13,113 nt of DNA from Tolypothrix carrinoi HA7290-LM1 (GTDB lineage: Bacteria > Cyanobacteriota > Cyanobacteriia > Cyanobacteriales > Nostocaceae). Location of the stretch: assembly GCA_019358935.1 (NCBI GenBank), contig JAHHIK010000162.1, positions 1 through 13,113 on the forward strand, in the 5' to 3' direction. Within the stretch, counting starts at the first letter, position 1; each line of letters starts with the position of its first letter. The position numbers and the translations under genes are program-made. The notes under the pieces were generated by a model. The model worked only from the letters and a program-made list of their open reading frames with translations, searched no databases and was not told the origin of the DNA. Positions 1 to 7,018 of the stretch are shown piece after piece.

Positions 1-133
1 TTTCGGGTGCGGGCGCGAAAGTTGATATAATCTTTTGGACTTTTATCCGGGTTATAGCAATCGTCCGTTCGCAGCTGCACTAACGCACCCCAGCGCTCGC
101 CGGTTCCTGTGCTAAATCCAAAAGTAGCCGGAA
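1..133 (-). pseudogene. Tyrosine recombinase/integrase fragment (box I region), frameshifted, N-terminus missing, runs off the window
   Basis: Manual minus-strand translation gives FRLLLDLAQ, then a frameshift at ~105-106, then TGERWGALVQLRTDDCYNPDKSPKDYINFRARTR. TGERWGA (84-104) resembles the TG-x-R catalytic Arg motif of tyrosine recombinases. Not in the ORF track. Confidence 0.6.
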
Positions 134-165
134 CCTCCAACAAAACCAAAACCACCTGAAATTAC

Positions 166-804
166 ATGCGTTTGATCAAGCATTGGGATATTTTCTTAAT
201 TAGTATGCTAAATCTGTGCCCAAGCGAAAAACCTATTTTAAGTGCCTATCCGCCTAGTTACATTCCTCCTAGAACAATATTAAATAATTTTATTACTGGA
301 ATTAAGTTTGACCAATTTCACTCTTCAGGTATTGTGACTCTCAAAGGTAGTGGGGAAGATTTAAACCAGTATTCTTATCCTCAATCTGGTGCTTTTATTG
401 CTGGTGGATTTATGTTTTCAGAAGCATCTATTATCAGCGAAGTACCTTCAGATCCTAATATTTATTTTTTCGGTGAAGAATTTTTCACTTCTGCCAGAGC
501 ATGGACAAGGGGTTGGGATATTTATCATCCACATCAAGTTATTTGTTGGCATTATTACAATTCCGGCACAAAAGCACGTCCTGTCCATTGGCAAGATAAT
601 GAATGGATGCCTCTTAATTGTTTGTCTGAGCAACGGTTTAGAGAAATAGTTGGTTTACAGGTATCAAGAGAAAATTTTGGCATTTATGGTTTGGGAGAAA
701 ATCGCACTCTGTCTGCGTATCTTGAAATATGTGCGATCTCCCTTGATGAGTGGGTCAAATCTTGCCTGCGATGCTCTGGGGATTCATACAAGAAAACTTC
801 GTGA
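166..804 (+). pseudogene. GlcNAc-transferase family protein (Gnt1/Skp1-hydroxyproline GlcNAc transferase-like), 5'-truncated, 3' end joined to the antisense DLH
   Basis: Motifs FIAGGFMFS, EVPSDPNIYFFGEE, RAWTRGWDIYHP, HYY and YGLGENRTL. The ORF begins at MRLIKHWD, which matches the middle of the family's DSHMRFxxxWD motif, so the N-terminal part is absent. An in-frame stop lies at 157-159. Confidence 0.7.
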
Positions 805-1414
805 GGTATACCAGCATTCTCAAGCGCTTTAATTAAAATTTGCCGGTCTGAATCTGGGATATGCGGGTCAAGAGAACCGAACACCATTAACATCTCACCT
901 TTGATTTCGCTTACCCGCTTGATTGTATCAGCTATCCCTTGACCCAATTTACCACTAGGAATACCGTAGGATAACAGCAAGCTGCTGCCTTAACTTCGCT
1001 TTCAAAAGCTGCCCGAAAAGCTAAATGTCCACCAATACAAAAGCCGAGAGTGCCTATTTTACCAGGAGAAACCGAACTTTCTGCCTTGAGGAATTCTATC
1101 ACAGCACGGCGATCGGCATCATAATGAGCGATCGCTGTACGACGAGCATTATCATTACCCCGCATCCGACCAATATCATCTGGTTCAATAACCAAACCAA
1201 CTGGTTCAGTTCGATGAAAAATTTCTGGTGCTGCTACCACATAGCCATATCCTGCTAAGTAGTTAGCTAAACGAATCATAGCACCGCCTAACTGATAAAT
1301 ATCACTATAAAATATAATACCTGGATAAACTCCTGGGGAAGAAGGTGCTGCTACATAAACACGCATTAAACTGTCATCAACTCTTAACTCGACATTGCGT
1401 TTAGTGATTTGCAC
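770..1414 (-). pseudogene. Dienelactone hydrolase family protein, frameshifted and 3'-truncated
   Basis: GTG start at 1414, nucleophile motif GFCIGG and DPHIP. One base is missing at ~964-965; adding one C on the + strand restores CCYPTGIPSGKLG and joins ORFs 932..1414 and 684..980. Family-like sequence ends after HEVFLYE (~782). The left boundary is approximate. Confidence 0.85.
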
Positions 1415-1655
1415 TTTTTTGTCTCCTCTACAGAACTTGCTTAAAATGCGCGAACACCTTAATATCGTGATGCATATGAATGCATTCTTTAATTATTTCC
1501 CTTTCTTTCTATATGTAAGTTGTCTTGGCATACTTTTCTCTAATGTTTTATGTTCTACTTCAGAACCTTTTTTAGTCTTCAAAAAGGTTTGACAGACATA
1601 ATTTTACAGCGTTTTTAATTGAAACAGTAATGAGAATATCTGACACCGTGTCGTA

Positions 1656-1685
1656 AGTAGCGGTAATTCATGAATTACCGCTACT
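1656..1685. repeat. Perfect 30-bp palindrome, GTAG-type REP-like element
   Basis: AGTAGCGGTAATTCA|TGAATTACCGCTACT is its own reverse complement, with GTAG...CTAC ends. It is intergenic between divergent genes. Confidence 0.85.
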
Positions 1686-1887
1686 GTATAATGTGCCTTA
1701 CAATTATTTTTGCGCTCATTCCGATTAAATAGACTACAAATCAGACTTAACTTTTTTGCCACCTTCGTACCATTTGCGTGTAAGGTATAAAGAATTAGCG
1801 AACCGCCATAACATCGATTCGCTACACCAGTCAAAACAAAAACTTATCTGCTAATTAACTTACACCTTAAATTAACTCATAGCTTTT

Positions 1888-2907
1888 ATGCCTCGTCCAG
1901 CCTCACCACCCAAACGCGCTACCGCTACAACTCTAGCACCCTCCACAGTCCACATCCGCCTAGAAGGACTGGAAACACAACATAAACGCCTATTAACACA
2001 AATTAAGAAAAAACGCACCGAACTGAATAACTTTGTTGAGCAAATTCGCTCTATCGCTACACAACTTTATCAACGCACCACCTCCAACTTTCAAAAAATA
2101 AAAACTATCGACGAAGAAATTCATACCTTATTCAACGAAATTCTAACTAAGAAAAAACTTGCCAAACAAACCAAGCACAAAATTGCACAAATTTACCACA
2201 ATCTTCAAGTAGCAGGAATCATCAGCCGAAAAGTCGATGACGAAGAAGATACAGAAGACGAACTATTTGAATTCAACCAACAAGAAAAGGAAATTCCATA
2301 CGAATACCACCAGCAACAACACCAACCCCAACCCGAATTAGAATCACCCTCCGCTGCTAGAACCGACGAATCAAAAAAGATTCGCTCTTACTTTTTGCGT
2401 TTAGCCGAAATCTTTCACCCGGATAAAGCCACCGACAGCGAAACGCAGATGCGCCATACTGAGATAATGAAAGAAATTAACAAAGCTTACCAAGAAGGAG
2501 ATTTAGCACGACTCTTGGAAATTGAAAAAAAACATCAGGTAGGAGAAATTATTGATAGCAACAGTGAAGACGATTTAACGAGAAAATGTATTCGCTTAGA
2601 ACAGCAAAATGAATTCCTGAAAACTCAATACGAAAGCTTAAAGCAAGAACTTCGCAGCGTTAAAAACACCCCAGAAGGCACAATCGTTTCTGAATGCAAG
2701 AAAGTCAAGAAAAAAGGATTTGACCCGATTGATGAAATATCTTTACAAATCGAATCTCAAATCAAAATTATATCAGAAATACGCGATTATGTCAAAGACT
2801 TTCACTCAGCAAAAATCACTATTAAAGAGTTTCTCTGCGGTCCGGCTGTTCTGCGCTCTATAAATCACAGTATGATAGAAGATTTTCTAGATCGGATATT
2901 AGAATAA
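1888..2907 (+). CDS. J-domain-containing coiled-coil protein (atypical DnaJ-like co-chaperone)
   Basis: 339-aa intact ORF with an internal J-domain-like segment IRSYFLRLAEIFHPDKA...MKEINKAY (HPD motif), flanked by helical/coiled-coil-like regions and an acidic linker. Confidence 0.85.
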   Translation: MPRPASPPKRATATTLAPSTVHIRLEGLETQHKRLLTQIKKKRTELNNFVEQIRSIATQLYQRTTSNFQKIKTIDEEIHTLFNEILTKKKLAKQTKHKIAQIYHNLQVAGIISRKVDDEEDTEDELFEFNQQEKEIPYEYHQQQHQPQPELESPSAARTDESKKIRSYFLRLAEIFHPDKATDSETQMRHTEIMKEINKAYQEGDLARLLEIEKKHQVGEIIDSNSEDDLTRKCIRLEQQNEFLKTQYESLKQELRSVKNTPEGTIVSECKKVKKKGFDPIDEISLQIESQIKIISEIRDYVKDFHSAKITIKEFLCGPAVLRSINHSMIEDFLDRILE

Positions 2908-2982
2908 ATCGGCGAATAATATTATATCCGTACTCAGTCCTTGTTTTAATCCCACGTTTTTAAGCGTGGGTTCCTTCTGCCT

Positions 2983-3252
2983 TCATGAATGCGTATTTAT
3001 TCTTCGCAAACGGATGCTTTCTATAGTGGAAAAAATCGCAGGTACTGTTAATAATATTAAATTAAATTCTGTCAATTATTTGTCGTACAATTTATCTTTA
3101 GAAAACAGAATTAGCCCAGAAATAAAAAATGCTCCTATTAACAGAATATCTTGTTTTATGAATAGTTTGGGAACTAATATTGGTACAAATCCCAGTGATA
3201 TTGCTGTCACTATCAAAATAGTGCCGATTAATTTTAGTGAATTGTCAAACAT
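2983..3252 (-). pseudogene. Ycf66 N-terminal-domain-like small membrane protein with an internal stop
   Basis: ATG at 3252 gives MFDNSLKLIGTILIVTAISLGFVPILVPKLFIKQDILLIGAFFISGLILFSKDKLYDK*LTEFNLILLTVPAIFSTIESIRLRRINTHS*. It has three hydrophobic segments and the ESIRLR ending I recall from Ycf66_N. The internal TAA is at 3076-3078. Confidence 0.6.
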
Positions 3253-4115
3253 TTGTAATCTTATTTAATAGTTTTCTCAAAGATGATAACAGTTTATTAG
3301 TCTTAACTATTATCATTTCCTTTGTGGCAGACTGATAGCGATCGCGATAATGATAATGCACCATACGAGTGCAAAATCGCTGCTAGTCTAACAGAAACCT
3401 GCGCTTGATTTTGCCACATCAGTTCACCTGTATCCGGATTTTCGCTTAATTGCGTCGGTAACATTCCCCTTAACGCTTGAATCGCAATCATACCTACAGC
3501 ATAAATATCACTGTTTGGGCGTGGTTTGCCTTGTGCTTGTTCTGCCGGCATATAGCCAGGAGTACCAATAGCCACAGTAGCAGCTATTTTACTGTCAGCT
3601 TTTGCTAATTGAGTACGCATTTGTTTGACCGCGCCAAAGTCAATTAAAACTAACTTGTCATTTTGATTCCGTCTAATTAAATTATCAGGCTTAATGTCTC
3701 GATGGATAACGCTGTAGCTGTGAACAAACTGCAAAACACCCAAAACATCTTGTAGCATCTGGATAACTTGACTTTCATTCCAGCTTTGATTCAATTGCAT
3801 TTCCGCGCTGAGTGGATGTCCGACAACTTATATCTTGCACTAAAAAAAATGGTTCATCTACTTCAAAATAAGCTAAAAGACGAGGAATTTGGTCATGATT
3901 GCCCAATTGTTCCAATATTTCGGCTTCGCTACTAAACAAACGTCTAGCGACTTGCAAATAGTAAAGTTCAGTACTCGCAGGTTTGCTGCAACTTGAGAAC
4001 ACACTTAGGATTACCTGGTCTTTTGAATGTCTTGTGCAATATATGTTTCCCAAAATCCTCCAGCACTCTTGACTTGGATAACTTTGTAACGCCCGTCTAA
4101 TAGGTTTTTTAGCAT
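3245..4115 (-). pseudogene. Ser/Thr protein kinase (Hanks-type), multiple frameshifts
   Basis: ATG at 4115 gives MLKNLLDGRYKVIQV...GGFWETY. Later frames give HDQIPRLLAYF, IHRDIKPDN, LIDFGAVK, IGTPGYMPAEQ, SDIYAVG and MVHYHYRDRYQSA. Frame changes fall near 4020, 3985, 3825 and 3365. Confidence 0.9.
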
Positions 4116-4520
4116 AATGAAAGAGTGGTGCAATTTTATTTATTCATCTTGCCATACGATAACAAGCACCAAAGACTGGATTTTATTTTTGGTTGCTTCA
4201 TGTATCTGTTGTATCTTGATTCATCAATTCTCTACCTCGGTCAACGGCTGTTTCTTCGCTTTCTATAATTAACTGCGCGATCGCCACGCTTGTGTGAGTT
4301 CTCTGCTGCACCTAATTGAGAACAAACACCACCACAATTTGAAAAGCAGTTTGTTTGAGTTCAACAGCAAACAAATTCATAAGCATTAGCACTCTTGCTG
4401 CTTTATTTCCCAAAATATTTCTGGAAAAGCCTGGAACAAGCTATAAAATATTTTGTCTGTTTGCACAATTTATTCAAGCTCAATCATGACAGTTATTTAC
4501 TTTATTTATATTTACATAAT

Positions 4521-4535
4521 TGAAAATAATTATCA
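4521..4535. promoter_or_regulatory. Possible Fur-family (7-1-7) box
   Basis: TGAAAATAATTATCA differs from TGATAATnATTATCA at one position and lies ~120 bp upstream of the hydrolase ATG. The AT-rich context makes a chance match possible. Confidence 0.3.
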
Positions 4536-4655
4536 AAGATTATGACAAATTGTTATGATGAGAGCGTACAGCCAAACAGTAACTAAAAATATTTACGCGC
4601 CACGTCACCGCTGTCGGCAGTCACTGCAAATATAAATTTATCAGAGTAGTATATT

Positions 4656-5537
4656 ATGCTTGGATTTCAACCTCCTGGTTTTGGGCATAAAGTCGTTAAT
4701 ACTTCCTTGGGAGGAATGGTTTACTATACCCAAACCACTGCACCTTGGTTAATGGCTGACATTGATTTACCTCCGCTACTGTTTTTGCATAACTTTGGTG
4801 GTGGAGCATCTGCTTATGAATGGTCTAAAGTTTACCCCGCTTTCGCCTCTACTCACCGGATATTGGCACCAGATTTAATTGGCTGGGGTGATTCTGCTCA
4901 TCCAGTGCGAGATTATCAAATCAGCGATTATTTAAACACGATCGCTCAATTTATCACTCAAACTTGTAACAGCCCTGTAACCGCGATCGCATCTTCTCTG
5001 ACAGCTGCTTTGACAGTCCGGATTGCGATTCAACAACCTGAATTATTTAAAGCACTGTTTCTCGTTTGTCCCTCTGGATTTGATGACTTTGGGCAAGGTG
5101 CTGGGCGTAGACTTCCGCTTGGGTTAATTAATACGCCACTGTTAGATAATTTAATATATGCCCTTGGCGCAGAAAATGAAATCGCAGTTCGCAATTTTTT
5201 ACAAAACTTCTTGTTTGCTAAAGCTCAACGAGTATCCGAAGAAATGGTGCAGGCTTATTTAACTTCTGCACAACAATTCAATGCGAAGTTTGCTGCATTG
5301 GCATTTTTGCGCGGCGACCTTTATTTTGACTTAAGTTTGTATATTAAGCAACTGAGAATTCCGACTGTGATGTTTTGGGGAGAAAAAGCACAATTTACCA
5401 GCGTTAAATTAGGACGAAGGTTGGCTTCTTTAAATACAGATGCAATTCGAGATTTTCAGGCGATCGCTTCAGTGGGAGTCCTGCCACATTTAGAATTACC
5501 AGAGGTGATGATTGGTTTGTTACAGCGCTATTTTTAG
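4656..5537 (+). CDS. Alpha/beta fold hydrolase
   Basis: 293-aa intact ORF with LLFLHNFGGG, APDLIGWGDS, IASSLTA at the nucleophile elbow, PTVMFWGE and LPHLE. Confidence 0.9.
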   Translation: MLGFQPPGFGHKVVNTSLGGMVYYTQTTAPWLMADIDLPPLLFLHNFGGGASAYEWSKVYPAFASTHRILAPDLIGWGDSAHPVRDYQISDYLNTIAQFITQTCNSPVTAIASSLTAALTVRIAIQQPELFKALFLVCPSGFDDFGQGAGRRLPLGLINTPLLDNLIYALGAENEIAVRNFLQNFLFAKAQRVSEEMVQAYLTSAQQFNAKFAALAFLRGDLYFDLSLYIKQLRIPTVMFWGEKAQFTSVKLGRRLASLNTDAIRDFQAIASVGVLPHLELPEVMIGLLQRYF

Positions 5538-5786
5538 GCAATGAGGTGGGGGATGAGGGAGATGGGGACAAGGGGATGGGGGGACAAGGGAGACAAGGGA
5601 GACAAGGGAGACAAGGGAGATGAGGGAGAGGAATTACCCATGTGAACGTGGTAATGCCCAATGCCCAATGAGGGCAGGTGCTACAACGGAGGGGACCTCC
5701 CCAACGCACAGCCAAACCGCTTGCCCAATGCCCGATTACCCATTACCCATTACCCATTCCCCATTCCCGATTACCCATTCCCCATC
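5538..5786 (+). repeat. Composite repeat module, left arm: 9-mer GGGAGACAA tract, 34-bp core, 41-bp hairpin element, 7-mer CCCATTA/CCCATTC tract
   Basis: Core at 5629-5662 is AGGAATTACCCATGTGAACGTGGTAATGCCCAAT. The element at 5673-5713 is GGCAGGTGCTACAACGGAGGGGACCTCCCCAACGCACAGCC. The module is the inverted copy of 6715-6947. Outer limits are approximate. Confidence 0.9.
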
Positions 5787-5790
5787 TTCC

Positions 5791-6027
5791 TTATCGCCGA
5801 CTCGTAGACACGGATTCTTTTGGTTTGGGTTTCTTCTTGGATTTGATTGACTTGGAGGGAGGTTTTTCGACTTTTAGTTTGGGAGGACGGCAGCGATCGC
5901 AATACAACGGCTGTGATGGAAAGCAAGTGCGTTCAACCACCAGATTGCACTCTTTACAGACAAAGCGATAAACTTTTTGCTTAATCACACGAACGTGAGC
6001 CTTGACAAAAACTTCCTTAGATTCCAC
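5791..6027 (-). CDS. Small basic hypothetical protein with two CxxC motifs (putative zinc ribbon)
   Basis: 78 aa with a GTG start preceded by an AAAGGA RBS-like sequence. Contains CKEC...CDRC and a Lys-rich tail. Confidence 0.75.
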   Translation of the reverse strand: MESKEVFVKAHVRVIKQKVYRFVCKECNLVVERTCFPSQPLYCDRCRPPKLKVEKPPSKSIKSKKKPKPKESVSTSRR

Positions 6028-6058
6028 CGATTTGTTCCTTTCACTGAATAGTAGTTTT

Positions 6059-6712
6059 ATGTCTGAGTTGTCTGAGATTCTGAGTTTACTCGAAGCAGAG
6101 CGCGATCGCTACGTCTTAGAAGTAGTTGACTTAGAGCGTCGCTTATCTTTAGTCCGCAAACAGATTACCACTCTAGAAGCTCTAATATCAGGGTACGCCC
6201 TAGAAGAGCAGATGTACCAACCTCAAAGACGTTTATCTGATTCATCCTCTAGTACAGCTGTGCTCTTGAATAGTCAAAATGAAATAGTCAATAGTCAACA
6301 TGAAATTGAGGAAGATGATATTGAGTCCGATTCACAGACAGCTTCTCAACTAGTTGATTCTACCGCTCTTGTCGAAAAAGAACCGGACATTTCCGATATT
6401 CCCAAACTGACCATTGCTAGAAAACCAGGAACTTTACCTTTACTAGAAGAATTCCAAGATTACTCGATTCAGAATGCCATATTGATTTTGATGCGTCGCC
6501 GACCGGAACTGCATTTTCACGTTGATGCAATTGTCCGCGACTTATACGGCGATCAATTAACGTCGTCACAGTTTAAAACCGCCAAAACCAACGTGAGTAA
6601 AATGCTCTCCACAGGCGTGCAAATGGGTTTATGGTATCGCGTATTTCGCGCCTTGGGCGTCTATACATTGCATTATGAAAAAGGAGTGACAACCAAATCT
6701 ATTGGGAAATAG
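6059..6712 (+). CDS. Hypothetical protein: N-terminal coiled coil, acidic linker, putative C-terminal winged-helix domain
   Basis: 217 aa from ATG 6059. The longer TTG start at 6002 would overlap the divergent gene. Heptad-like LSLLEAERDRYVLEVVDLERRLSLVRKQITTLEAL; helix-helix-helix-wing pattern in SIQNAILILMRR...VDAIVRDLY...NVSKMLSTGVQMGLWYRV...GVYTL. The fold is inferred. Confidence 0.75.
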   Translation: MSELSEILSLLEAERDRYVLEVVDLERRLSLVRKQITTLEALISGYALEEQMYQPQRRLSDSSSSTAVLLNSQNEIVNSQHEIEEDDIESDSQTASQLVDSTALVEKEPDISDIPKLTIARKPGTLPLLEEFQDYSIQNAILILMRRRPELHFHVDAIVRDLYGDQLTSSQFKTAKTNVSKMLSTGVQMGLWYRVFRALGVYTLHYEKGVTTKSIGK

Positions 6713-6714
6713 AA

Positions 6715-6947
6715 AATGGGGAATGGGGCATTGGGGAGGCAGTGCGTTGCGGAGGTTCCCTCCGTTGTAGCACCTGCCGTCATGGGGCATTGGGAATGGG
6801 TAATTGGGCATTACCACGTTCACATGGGTAATTCCTTTCCCTCATCTCCCTCATCTCCCTCATCTCCCTTGTCTCCCTTGTCTCCCTTGTCCCCCTTGTC
6901 TCCCTTGTCTCCCCCATCTCCCCCATCCCCTCATCTCCCCACTGCCC
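6715..6947 (-). repeat. Composite repeat module, right arm (inverted copy of 5538-5786)
   Basis: 6803-6836 is the exact reverse complement of 5629-5662 (34/34). 6738-6778 matches 5673-5713 at 38/41. The 7-mer and 9-mer tracts are in mirrored order. Confidence 0.9.
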
Positions 6948-7018
6948 TAGATGTGGTTTACTTAATAATGGTGAAGTGTAACTGTTGTTCAGCAAATGCT
7001 GTAGAGCTAGGGGGTACA

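Noticed and set aside
151..167. Similarity of ACCACCTGAAATTACAT to the predicted TnpB guide ACCACTGAAATTTACAT
   Set aside because: The alignment needs two indels in 17 AT-rich bases and no TAM can be verified, so it is most likely chance.
2966..3268. 100-aa + strand ORF
   Set aside because: Antisense shadow of the Ycf66-like pseudogene, with no recognisable motif.
4198..4386. Possible small minus-strand ORF (MLMNLFAVELKQ...) with an internal stop
   Set aside because: No recognisable family; cannot be distinguished from non-coding sequence.
5404..5971. ORFs 5404..5715, 5620..5850 and 5678..5971 (likewise 6629..6823 and 6780..7091)
   Set aside because: Low-complexity translations of the repeat arms that overlap better-supported genes.
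6716..7018. 101-aa N-terminal extension of the haemagglutinin ORF
   Set aside because: It translates the repeat arm (SPLSPL...). The signal peptide begins at ATG 7019.
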